DNA of 64,000 nt from the IMG/VR virus record IMGVR_UViG_3300045988_142422, one strand, 5' to 3'. Positions within the stretch are counted from its first letter, which is position 1. Each line of letters begins with the position of its first letter. The DNA comes from a virus. Its lineage: Duplodnaviria; Heunggongvirae; Uroviricota; Caudoviricetes. Position numbers and translations under genes: made by a program. Under the pieces are notes generated by a model, which was not told the origin of the DNA, searched no databases, and saw nothing but the letters and a program-made list of their open reading frames with translations. Positions 1-8,359 of this stretch are shown here, piece by piece.

Positions 1-123
1 CAATTTTACGCGTTGTTTCATCGATAAACTCGACTGAGCGCCCAGCGTAACCAGCGATCCCAGCGATGCGATTAACAAAATATTCATTGCGCACGTTAAC
101 GCCAGCGATAAGAACAAACATGA
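1..123 (-). CDS. Hypothetical protein, N-terminal part only (gene runs off the window start)
   Basis: Minus-strand ATG at 121-123 reads MFVLIAGVNVRNEYF... and stays open to position 1; a GGAG lies just upstream. Truncated, so absent from the ORF track. Confidence 0.3.
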
Positions 124-168
124 TAAAGCTCCTTTAAAGCGCCCATAGTGGGCGCTTGATTCCATTAA

Positions 169-819
169 TTACGCTTTGAAAGCATCAGCTAAATAATTGT
201 AGAAATCATTTTTAATGAAGCGATATTGCTGAGTACCAGCTTTCGCGCTCCCAGCTCCTTTGACTTTTTCAACAAGTCCAAGACGTTCGCAAAGATTGAT
301 CAACTGGTTGGCTTGAGTATAGCCAGCGTCCAATTTAATTTCACACGCTTTTTTAGCTTCATTCATTAAATCGAAAACAGCGCCATTAGTGAACGTGTCG
401 ATCTCGTCGTTAATCATATCGATTAAAGCGAATACACGAGATCCAGACATATCAGCGATGGAATAAACGCATTTACCAGATTTAATTGATTTAACCAGAT
501 AAACAAGTTTTTCCAGAGAATAACTATTAGTCATTGCATCACGGAAAAATACTTCTGGCGCTTGTTTGCTTGCTTTAATCGCATAGTAGAAAACAGAGCA
601 TAATTTTTCGTCTTCTACTGCGTTTACGACGTTGTTGATGAAGTAAGCAAGTTTAGTGGTCGCAGCTTGCATATTTGCTTTGTCTGCTTTAGTGTGCGTA
701 CCATTTTTATAATGTTCGTTATATGTTTGAGTTGCCAGATCTGCTTTTTCGCGCAGTTCATCGGATACAATGGAAGCAGCTTCAATGATGGATTTTTTAG
801 AAATGATAATGTTAGCCAT
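169..819 (-). CDS. Hypothetical protein (216 aa)
   Basis: Long ORF with ATG start and an AT-rich promoter-like region upstream (820-1050). No motif I can assign. Confidence 0.5.
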   Translation of the reverse strand: MANIIISKKSIIEAASIVSDELREKADLATQTYNEHYKNGTHTKADKANMQAATTKLAYFINNVVNAVEDEKLCSVFYYAIKASKQAPEVFFRDAMTNSYSLEKLVYLVKSIKSGKCVYSIADMSGSRVFALIDMINDEIDTFTNGAVFDLMNEAKKACEIKLDAGYTQANQLINLCERLGLVEKVKGAGSAKAGTQQYRFIKNDFYNYLADAFKA

Positions 820-1067
820 GATAATTTTTCCTTATGTAAATTTAAAATTTATTGTCGTTAGCGTCTTCGCTTTCGACGAGTTCAATTATCGATATGCGAA
901 AAAAGATTGCAAGTGTTTTTTTTAAATTTTTTGCAGGGATGAAAGTCCTAGAAATAAAAGCGAGATCGTCGAAGGTGTTCCCTAAATAAATAATTGATTG
1001 CGGCTTTAGACCTTATATATATTTAGGTTATTTGATTTGTAGATATAAAGAAGTGATGTGAAAAATA

Positions 1068-1091
1068 ATAACCGGACTTAGCCGGTTATTA
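1068..1091 (-). terminator. Hairpin downstream of the 1103-1411 gene, putative intrinsic terminator
   Basis: Inverted repeat AATAACCGGAC / GCCGGTTATT; the minus-strand reading has a T-run after the stem. Confidence 0.4.
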
Positions 1092-1102
1092 ACCTTATAG
1101 AT

Positions 1103-1411
1103 TTATTGAACAGACTCTACAGCCTTACGATTGGTGTCAAATAGCGCATCAACGAACTGTGCCGATGACTCGCTAGATTCGCAATCCAACATTGCCCGTT
1201 CTTCATTTGCCACTTTCTTACACAGTTCCACATTCTCACCTATCGCTTTTCCTGCTTTTACGGCTGCCGAAAATTGATACATGCAAACTGATACATTCTG
1301 AGACGTTGAGCACACGTCATTCATCAGCGACTGAATGACAGGCTTATAGTCCATTGCATTTGCCGCAACTGAGCAAAGTAAAAATAATGGTGGTAACAAT
1401 ATCGATTTCAT
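1103..1411 (-). CDS. Small secreted or periplasmic protein with N-terminal signal peptide (102 aa)
   Basis: N-terminus MKSILLPPLFLLCSVAANA is a hydrophobic signal with an AXA-type cleavage site; several Cys in the mature part. Confidence 0.55.
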   Translation of the reverse strand: MKSILLPPLFLLCSVAANAMDYKPVIQSLMNDVCSTSQNVSVCMYQFSAAVKAGKAIGENVELCKKVANEERAMLDCESSESSAQFVDALFDTNRKAVESVQ

Positions 1412-1414
1412 AAC

Positions 1415-1939
1415 TCAAAAAGGCAAAATTCGTTCAACCCAATCGAACAAAACAACTATTTTTCTACCGTTCTCGACACGTAGTGTAACCTGACAAGCAT
1501 CTGCGCCTGCTGACACCCCCTCAATTTCACGGCCATCCGCCATGTACACCCTTATAGATTTGTTTGCTTTGTAGGCTTGGTTGCAAATTGCAAAAAAATC
1601 GCGGCGTGATGGCCGATTATCGACATAATCAGGGTGAACTGTTAGTCGACCTTTGAAATCGTGAGCGATACTGTCAACCACACCTGATTCAATTGTACTA
1701 ATGCGTTCAAGTGGGAGCCTTATACGATTTTCTTTGTCAAAAGGGGCTGGGCAAAGGTCAACTTTGTTACGAGATGGCATGAGGCCATAAACGTACATGC
1801 AAAACGCCTGGCCATCTTCGAGAGTGACCCTTACAGGAATTTGTTCTCTGCGCCAGAACATCAGTAGTTTTTCAACGTTAGTGTAATCTCGCGGCCAGAG
1901 TTCAGCTTGGATACCGTAGGTAATATCTTTGGTTGTCAT
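1415..1939 (-). CDS. Hypothetical protein (about 175 aa from internal Met)
   Basis: ORF 1415-2017; start moved to the internal ATG (MTTKDITYG...) so that it abuts the upstream lipoprotein stop instead of overlapping by 74 nt. Start uncertain. Confidence 0.45.
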   Translation of the reverse strand: MTTKDITYGIQAELWPRDYTNVEKLLMFWRREQIPVRVTLEDGQAFCMYVYGLMPSRNKVDLCPAPFDKENRIRLPLERISTIESGVVDSIAHDFKGRLTVHPDYVDNRPSRRDFFAICNQAYKANKSIRVYMADGREIEGVSAGADACQVTLRVENGRKIVVLFDWVERILPF

Positions 1940-1943
1940 ATCA

Positions 1944-2366
1944 TCACAGAGTTGTTGGCAGAATGTCGATGTCACCAGAATTGCTGGTAAACACCCTGAA
2001 CGCTTTTGTGTCTCCATTCTTCAGAGTCGTTTCTCGCTCTTGACGAGCGGGGTTTAGAGCACATAAACCTGCACCTTCAAGAGATGCACCCACAATTAAT
2101 TCTCCGGCATTTAAATGGAAAGTCGCTTTTTCGCCTGTAGCCAGTTTTGCGACAGTTTCGCCGTTGATGAAAATGGAAGCATCACATCCAGCTCCTACAA
2201 AACCTGTGTCTCTCATTACCACCAACGTAGCTGGCGCTGCGCTTTGATACTTGAACACTTTGGCCTGCGGTGCTGGTTTGGCGTCATGGATTGATATTGG
2301 GTGTGATTGGCACGCGGCAAGCATCAACACTGGTAACGTTAGTAGAGGGAGAAGCGAGTATTTCAT
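1944..2366 (-). CDS. Putative lipoprotein
   Basis: MKYSLLPLLTLPVLMLAAC: signal peptide followed by a lipobox (LAAC). Start taken at the Met preceding the signal peptide. Confidence 0.55.
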   Translation of the reverse strand: MKYSLLPLLTLPVLMLAACQSHPISIHDAKPAPQAKVFKYQSAAPATLVVMRDTGFVGAGCDASIFINGETVAKLATGEKATFHLNAGELIVGASLEGAGLCALNPARQERETTLKNGDTKAFRVFTSNSGDIDILPTTL

Positions 2367-2434
2367 GATAGTTTTAGAACAGAAAGTGAACAGTATGGGA
2401 GACTTCATCTTTGTCTCCCTAATTGATAGCGTGA

Positions 2435-2713
2435 TTATTTTAATCTGCTTAATAGCGTTTCGAGATCTTCCTTTGTCATATTAGAGTTCTCATAGATACG
2501 CATGATTTTCTCACGAGTCTTAGCGGAAGCCCCGACAGAAGATATAACCTTGTCAAAGTCGGCCATTGTCAATTGTTCCAGAATGGTATTTATGACTTCA
2601 GCCTTAGACATTTTGATATTTTTTTCTTTTAGTTTCACTTGAAACTTTCCAAGTTTGTCATTGGCCTTATCAGACAATGCTACCTGACAGTAAGTTGTTT
2701 TCTTTTCACTCAT
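2435..2713 (-). CDS. Hypothetical small protein (92 aa)
   Basis: ORF immediately downstream of, and nearly abutting, the helicase gene on the same strand. Confidence 0.45.
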   Translation of the reverse strand: MSEKKTTYCQVALSDKANDKLGKFQVKLKEKNIKMSKAEVINTILEQLTMADFDKVISSVGASAKTREKIMRIYENSNMTKEDLETLLSRLK

Positions 2714-2715
2714 AA

Positions 2716-4275
2716 CTAATCTCGTTTCAGAACTCCAAAATCGAATGCTCCATCAATAGGCAATACACCTTCTGCAAAGCCAGGTGTGGTGTCGATGATG
2801 TGTTTTCGCTCATAAGAGTGAGACAACAGGTATTTGTTGCTAATGTCAATGAAATCAGTGATAAAACACACGTTTGCCTGATTTTTTTTGGCTCGTAAGC
2901 CACGACCGACACGCTGCCTCATTTCAACTTCTGCTTTTCCACCACCAGCCAGAATGACCGCACCAACGCTTGGCACATCAACACCGACATCCAGAATAGT
3001 CGAGCCTATTAAAACATCTATTTCGCCAGACGCTAAACTGTTCAGCTTTGCTTGCCTTGTCGCCTGGTTCGATTCCCCATAGATGAAGTCAACTCTAAGG
3101 CCGGACTCCTTCATCATCTCCATCAGGATTTGCCCGTGGCGTTTAAGACGAACCAGAGTCATGCAATTGAGAGAATGTTGCTTATAGAGCAATGCTTCGC
3201 GCACAATGGCCTCGTTACGTCCCAAATTATACACGATCCCCAACTGATAAGCCTTTTGGTAGGCTGTGCTCATACCTACTCTAAAATTAAGGTGTTTGTT
3301 GGCAAGTTCCGCCTTGATTCTGACCTCGTCTGGCTTGTAAGCAACTTTATGATAAAGGAAGTACGGTTTTGCCAGAATGCCTCGATCAATCAGGTACTTT
3401 TCTGTGACTTTAATTTCAATTCGACCGGCCACAGCCATCAGACGCATGTTGGCTTCTGTAGAATCCTTCATGAACGGCGTGGCCGTAAGCGCCAGACGAT
3501 AGTCTGCGTTCACACATAATCTGGCAATGTCATAGAAATTAGAGCCTGAAGACTCATGCGCTTCTTCCAGAATAAGCAGAGACACACTTGAAAGGAAGCG
3601 TTTCACCAACTCCCGACGTTTGAGGTGGTAGCTTTTCTTATCTGGTGTTGCATCGCGTGGTGGTTCTTCGAGGAAACTTGCAAGAGTTTGAACTGTAGCG
3701 ACGTTGATATGTCGTGATACCTGGAACTCACCCGAGCCAATGACTCCAACCTTTTGGTCTTTTAACCACGGTTCGCCATTTTCGGCGCGGTAGTCGATGG
3801 ATCTCTGGAAGTTTTCGGCCATTTGAAACATCAGAACAGAGCGGGTTGTTAAAAATAATGTCATTCGACCGATACGTGCAGCTGCTTTGCAGGCAACGTT
3901 AGATTTCCCGCCACCAGTAGCGATCTGCGCAATCATCATTCCCTCTCGAACCAGTGTTTCCACAGTCTGATCCTGATACGCATAATCAGGATTGTATGGG
4001 AATGGGTTAACCGCCGGATTTGGTTTACCAAGCGCCGGGGCTTTGTCTTTGCGGATATGAACACATTTGATGCCCGCCTTGTTCAAGTTCGCCGCTACAG
4101 GCTTGGCAAAGCCAGCAGGGAACGAGTTTTTACTCCAGTTGAACATCGTGCTTGTGCCCTTCCAGTCGCCAGTCTCGACTTCGTAGCTCAACATTTGCTG
4201 CACCAGTTGCTTTACCTTGTCATCTGCGCCAGAAATAAGCGCATTTACTGCGTTAGATACAATCCGAACAGTCAT
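2716..4275 (-). CDS. Superfamily-2 DNA/RNA helicase (DEAD/DEAH-like)
   Basis: Walker A-like IATGGGKS, DEAH-like LILEEAHESS motif II, C-terminal helicase-domain motifs (GRGLRA). Confidence 0.7.
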   Translation of the reverse strand: MTVRIVSNAVNALISGADDKVKQLVQQMLSYEVETGDWKGTSTMFNWSKNSFPAGFAKPVAANLNKAGIKCVHIRKDKAPALGKPNPAVNPFPYNPDYAYQDQTVETLVREGMMIAQIATGGGKSNVACKAAARIGRMTLFLTTRSVLMFQMAENFQRSIDYRAENGEPWLKDQKVGVIGSGEFQVSRHINVATVQTLASFLEEPPRDATPDKKSYHLKRRELVKRFLSSVSLLILEEAHESSGSNFYDIARLCVNADYRLALTATPFMKDSTEANMRLMAVAGRIEIKVTEKYLIDRGILAKPYFLYHKVAYKPDEVRIKAELANKHLNFRVGMSTAYQKAYQLGIVYNLGRNEAIVREALLYKQHSLNCMTLVRLKRHGQILMEMMKESGLRVDFIYGESNQATRQAKLNSLASGEIDVLIGSTILDVGVDVPSVGAVILAGGGKAEVEMRQRVGRGLRAKKNQANVCFITDFIDISNKYLLSHSYERKHIIDTTPGFAEGVLPIDGAFDFGVLKRD

Positions 4276-4357
4276 AAACCTCTTTCCTTAGTGCCTTTTG
4301 TATGTTATTTGGCTATTATAATAAGTAAGTGATTACTTAGTGGATTGTAGCAATAAA

Positions 4358-5038
4358 ATGGATGTAAAAATCACGATTTTGCAGGTTGATGTTGCCAACC
4401 TTCGCCCGAATACCTGGAACACCAATTCGGTTGGTGCGCAGAATTTTGAAAAACTGAAAGGTTCTATCGAAAAATTGGGCTTTTTTAAGCCAATTTTGGC
4501 TCGTGAACTTGAAGATGGATTTTTTGAAATCCTCGGCGGTGAACATCGCTGGCGTGCTGCTATTGAGCAAGGAATTTCAACGGTTCCGGTGCTTTCTGTG
4601 GGCAAAATTAGCGATGTCGTAGCTAAACAGATGTCACTGGTGGACAACGAGCGATACGGTGAAGACGACCAAATCGCATTGCAACGCTTCATTGAAGAAA
4701 TTCAGTCAGAACTTGACTATCAACTGTCTGAAATCGCCCCGTATGACGACGAAATCTCGATGGTTTTAGCAAAAGAGGCGGCAATCGACCTTGAAGCACT
4801 GGAGGCGTTGTCTCGTGGTAGTGATGAGCCTGTCGATACCGACAAACGAGAGAAAACCGAACGTGTGGGTGCGGAACATCAGACCATGCGCTTCAAAGTA
4901 ACTTTCGATGCGTCAGATCGTGTTGCAGAAACCATAAAAAACATCATCAAAGAGCAGGCTATTAACACCGGTAATGAAATGGAGAACGCTGGTGAGGCTC
5001 TGGTGTGGCTGGTCGACTACTACAAGGAGCGTATGTAA
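4358..5038 (+). CDS. ParB/Srx-like N-terminal domain protein 1
   Basis: GGEHRWRAA matches the ParB GxRRxxA box; acidic middle region. Start set at ATG 4358 (the track start 4340 is GTG). Confidence 0.65.
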   Translation: MDVKITILQVDVANLRPNTWNTNSVGAQNFEKLKGSIEKLGFFKPILARELEDGFFEILGGEHRWRAAIEQGISTVPVLSVGKISDVVAKQMSLVDNERYGEDDQIALQRFIEEIQSELDYQLSEIAPYDDEISMVLAKEAAIDLEALEALSRGSDEPVDTDKREKTERVGAEHQTMRFKVTFDASDRVAETIKNIIKEQAINTGNEMENAGEALVWLVDYYKERM

Positions 5039-5706
5039 TGACCAAAAAGTTTGAAATCGTATATCGCGACCCGGCAGATCTTATTCCCTATGAGATGAAT
5101 GCCAAAAAGCATGATGAACAGCAGATCAGAGATTTGGCCGCAGCCATTAAAAAGCGCGGATTTGACCAGCCAATTACGGTCGATAAGAACGACGTAATTA
5201 TTACTGGCCACGGCCGCCGTGAGGCTGCAATTTTTGCTGGACTTGAGCGCGTACCGGTTATTGTTCGTGATGATCTGAGTGATGACGAGGTTCGTGCGAA
5301 GCGCCTTGAAGATAACCGACTTGCCAGCATTGATTACGATGCAATTAAGCTACAGAAAGAGCTTGAGTCGCTTGTTCTGGACGATATTGAGGTTTTCGGC
5401 TTTGAAGAGCGTGAGTTGAATGTTCTCGTTGGCAGTATGACAGAAGAAATGGACACCGACTCGCTAGTTATCGATCTTGGCGAAGAAACTAAACGACAGA
5501 AGGATGAACACACCGAGATCAGTCGTGAAGTTGCAGCGGAAGAAGTACGTGTTGTCGACGTATTGGGCTTTAAAACGCTCCCTGCTGGCTCTGCCATTGT
5601 TGTTGGTGATTTGCTTGCCCATATGGAAGAAATGACGGGAGAAAGCGGGGTAGACGCATTTGTGGCATATGCGGAGAAGATCTCTTCCGGGGAGATGGCT
5701 GCATGA
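5038..5706 (+). CDS. ParB/Srx-like N-terminal domain protein 2
   Basis: ITGHGRREAA ParB box; ATG overlaps the upstream stop (TAATG) with AAGGAG 9 nt upstream. ORF track lists an extended 5005 start. Confidence 0.65.
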   Translation: MTKKFEIVYRDPADLIPYEMNAKKHDEQQIRDLAAAIKKRGFDQPITVDKNDVIITGHGRREAAIFAGLERVPVIVRDDLSDDEVRAKRLEDNRLASIDYDAIKLQKELESLVLDDIEVFGFEERELNVLVGSMTEEMDTDSLVIDLGEETKRQKDEHTEISREVAAEEVRVVDVLGFKTLPAGSAIVVGDLLAHMEEMTGESGVDAFVAYAEKISSGEMAA

Positions 5707-6368
5707 GCAAATACATCATCAACGTATCGTTTCAGACACGCGTAAATAAAACCACGCGCACGTTGGAAATCGCTGAGTCGTTCGGGCTTGGCCTGGACGA
5801 AAAAGAGTGGACGCTTTACGACAATCTGGAGCTGGAAGTGAAGCAGGGCGATGTGGTGTACATCACCGGCCAATCCGGTTCCGGCAAATCCGTTGTGCTG
5901 CGCGAGTTGCAACGACAGATGAAGGATGAAGGGCTGTCTGTAGCCTCCATCGATGATTTTACCTTCGATAATGAGGTTAACGTCATCGATCAGTTGGGCA
6001 AAACGACCAGTGATGCGCTTGGGTTGTTATCTATGGCTGGTCTGAACGATGCATATCTGTTTGTTCGCAAGCCTTCTGAAATGTCAGACGGCCAGAAATA
6101 TCGTCTCAAGATTGCCAAACTGATTGAGTCAGGCGCTAAAGTATGGGCTGCTGACGAGTTCGGCGCTGTTCTCGACCGTGTAACCGCTCAGGTTGTGGCG
6201 TCTAACCTCCAGCGTGCCGCTCGAAAGGTTGGTGCGACGGTAATGGTGGCGACGACTCACGAAGACCTGAAGAACGCGCTGCGCCCTGATATGCAGATCA
6301 CCAAGCACTACAAAGAACGCGTGAAGGTGGAATATCACAATGGTAGTCATGATGAGGTCCATTCATGA
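5703..6368 (+). CDS. Minimal ABC-type ATPase (221 aa)
   Basis: Walker A GQSGSGKS, ABC signature-like SDGQKYRL, Walker B VWAADEF, H-loop TTHEDL. ATGA overlap with the upstream gene. Confidence 0.7.
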   Translation: MSKYIINVSFQTRVNKTTRTLEIAESFGLGLDEKEWTLYDNLELEVKQGDVVYITGQSGSGKSVVLRELQRQMKDEGLSVASIDDFTFDNEVNVIDQLGKTTSDALGLLSMAGLNDAYLFVRKPSEMSDGQKYRLKIAKLIESGAKVWAADEFGAVLDRVTAQVVASNLQRAARKVGATVMVATTHEDLKNALRPDMQITKHYKERVKVEYHNGSHDEVHS

Positions 6369-7255
6369 CGGACATCATCATTAAACGCTACCGCCCTGAA
6401 GAGTTTCCGCGTCATCTGGACTTTCTGGAGCGAATGACTGTTACAAAGGGAACTGTAGAGGACTGGCACGCTCTTAAGTCGCTTCACTACAAAACAGACG
6501 GCAAACCTTTCGCGCCAACTTACTATCGCTGCGAACTTGATGACCGTCTGGTGGGCGTCGTGGTTATGGCTTACCCGAAACTACTGTTGGCACCTCGCCA
6601 CCGCATGTTTCCTAAGTTGAAACCAACCACTAATACCACCGTGGCTAACCAGTACTGGGGTCGGTACGTGAATAACAACTTTGCGGTGATCAGTCGCTCA
6701 GTTGTGGATACTCAGTATCGTGGCGTAGGCGTCTCTTATAGAATGATTAACCTGGTTAGCAGGATGCATGACCGGCCAATCATTGAGATCCAGTCCTCGA
6801 TGAGCAAATACAATCCCTTCGCCATGAAAGCAGGGTTTAAGTTCATCCGCCCTGAGCGACCGAAGAGCTATGAAAGTGCACTGCGTGTGTTCCAGCGCCA
6901 TTTCCGCTCCGACCCGGGTGATAACGAGGCGATCGTCAAAGAATTGTTCGCTATGAGCGAGTCTCGTCGTCGCCGTGCGCTGCGCGATTTGGTGGCGGAC
7001 TACCATAAGAACAGTTCCCTGGCAAAAGCTGGGCGGAATCGTGGCACGACGATTCAGGACATTGCCGACAGTCTGGTGGACGAGGCCAGCATTGTGAAGC
7101 TGCTCAAGGACATTCACAACCTGAGCTTTACGTCTCCGTTGTATGGTGTGTACCGAAACCCTGACTTTGGCCGTCGACTGCCTGACACGCTGCCACTGCT
7201 GGCATTCGACAAACAACCTTTGGATAAACCGTTAGAAATTGCTTTACCGGCATAA
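6365..7255 (+). CDS. GNAT-fold acyltransferase-like protein (296 aa)
   Basis: DTQYRGVGVS resembles the GNAT RxxGxG/A acyl-CoA-binding motif, followed by NPFAMKAGFKFI. ATGA overlap with the ATPase. Fold assignment is tentative. Confidence 0.45.
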   Translation: MTDIIIKRYRPEEFPRHLDFLERMTVTKGTVEDWHALKSLHYKTDGKPFAPTYYRCELDDRLVGVVVMAYPKLLLAPRHRMFPKLKPTTNTTVANQYWGRYVNNNFAVISRSVVDTQYRGVGVSYRMINLVSRMHDRPIIEIQSSMSKYNPFAMKAGFKFIRPERPKSYESALRVFQRHFRSDPGDNEAIVKELFAMSESRRRRALRDLVADYHKNSSLAKAGRNRGTTIQDIADSLVDEASIVKLLKDIHNLSFTSPLYGVYRNPDFGRRLPDTLPLLAFDKQPLDKPLEIALPA

Positions 7256-7264
7256 GGATTTGCC

Positions 7265-7531
7265 ATGACGTTAACCGACAAACAAAAGGACATCATCAAA
7301 ACGCTCAATCTCGGTTATGAGCGAGGTCATCTACTTGACCTGGACGAATTGCTTGAAGTTTTGCCGTACAAGACAACCAAGCAAAGTATCCAGTTCTCAA
7401 TTCGCGCTCTGATAAAAAAGGGGCTGGTGGAGAAAGGGCATACGCGCCAACGCAGTGACAATCGCTATCACCGCCGGACTCTTGGGTTAACCACTTTAGG
7501 TCGAGCCAAAGCGAAGTTACTGGTGATGTAA
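7265..7531 (+). CDS. Small putative winged-helix DNA-binding protein (88 aa)
   Basis: Basic 88-aa ORF directly after the GNAT-like gene; the sequence pattern suggests a wHTH. Weak. Confidence 0.4.
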   Translation: MTLTDKQKDIIKTLNLGYERGHLLDLDELLEVLPYKTTKQSIQFSIRALIKKGLVEKGHTRQRSDNRYHRRTLGLTTLGRAKAKLLVM

Positions 7532-7554
7532 TCGGTCTGGGAGCTTATTTAAAG

Positions 7555-7611
7555 ACCTGCATCTGTATATATAAATAATAAGTAACTTATTAAATATATA
7601 CGGAAGCAGGC
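7555..7611. repeat. 57-nt inverted-repeat element, copy A
   Basis: ACCTGCATCTGTATATA ... TATATACGGAAGCAGG arms around an AATAAGTAACTTATT core; a near-identical copy lies at 39921-39978. Confidence 0.7.
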
Positions 7612-7726
7612 TTCGTAAGACATGCCAGACCTAATTAAACACCCCAGAAAACAAGTTGGTTAGCAGATGCAGTAAACAAGTTGTTTTAGAGCGCATGGAC
7701 GCGCTCTGTGTGTTTTAGAGGGATCT

Positions 7727-8359
7727 ATGACGGTCGAAAAAGACGAGGTAAAAACTCGCCTGACACCAGCGGAGTGGGCCGAAGCTGAAGCCAAATGGAC
7801 GTCAGGCGAATATACACTCTCAAAGCTGGAGGAAGAGTACGGCATTCGTCGTGAAACACTCTCCAGACATTTCAAAAAGCGAGGATTAGAGAAAGGCGCG
7901 GACTCTGTTGGGAAGATGGTTCGTGAGTCTCTTAAATCTGACGCAGAGCTTCGCGCTAAAGCCCGTGCGGAAAAGATAGAAGAACGTCGTACACGTTATG
8001 ACGGCTGGGCGTATGCGTTGGGGCAGATGGTGATGGTCGAAGTCACTACGGCCAAACGTGAGGGTAAGCCTTTAGGGGCGATTGAGGATTCTCTCAAGAG
8101 CTTACAGAGAGCCAGTAATACCCTTGCAAAATGCTTTGAAGTTTCGTCCAAAGCATTGGGCATGGATCATGCGGAAAATGACGAGGAAGAAATTCCGAAC
8201 CTGGTATTTGGTGAGCTTACGCCTTCCCAGGTGGCGAAATTACGTCAGGAAGACGACGAGCCTGAAATCATCGATGACGAATTGCTTGAGACGTTGGAAG
8301 AAGAAGCTCTAAGCGAATTTGATGCGACAGATGATGGAAGTGAAGGGGAGGACGAATAA
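7727..8359 (+). CDS. Terminase small subunit (putative)
   Basis: Sits directly upstream of and abuts the large terminase; N-terminal HTH-like region and a strongly acidic C-terminus. Confidence 0.55.
   Translation: MTVEKDEVKTRLTPAEWAEAEAKWTSGEYTLSKLEEEYGIRRETLSRHFKKRGLEKGADSVGKMVRESLKSDAELRAKARAEKIEERRTRYDGWAYALGQMVMVEVTTAKREGKPLGAIEDSLKSLQRASNTLAKCFEVSSKALGMDHAENDEEEIPNLVFGELTPSQVAKLRQEDDEPEIIDDELLETLEEEALSEFDATDDGSEGEDE

Noticed and set aside
5088-5912. Antisense ORFs (5088-5330 and 5334-5912, minus strand) across the second ParB-like gene and the ATPase gene
   Set aside because: Ser/Arg-rich products without ribosome-binding sites, opposite two well-supported, translationally coupled genes.
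7672-7722. GTTTTAGAG sequences reminiscent of CRISPR repeat starts
   Set aside because: Only two short occurrences with no repeat-spacer periodicity and no cas genes; no CRISPR array is present in the window.
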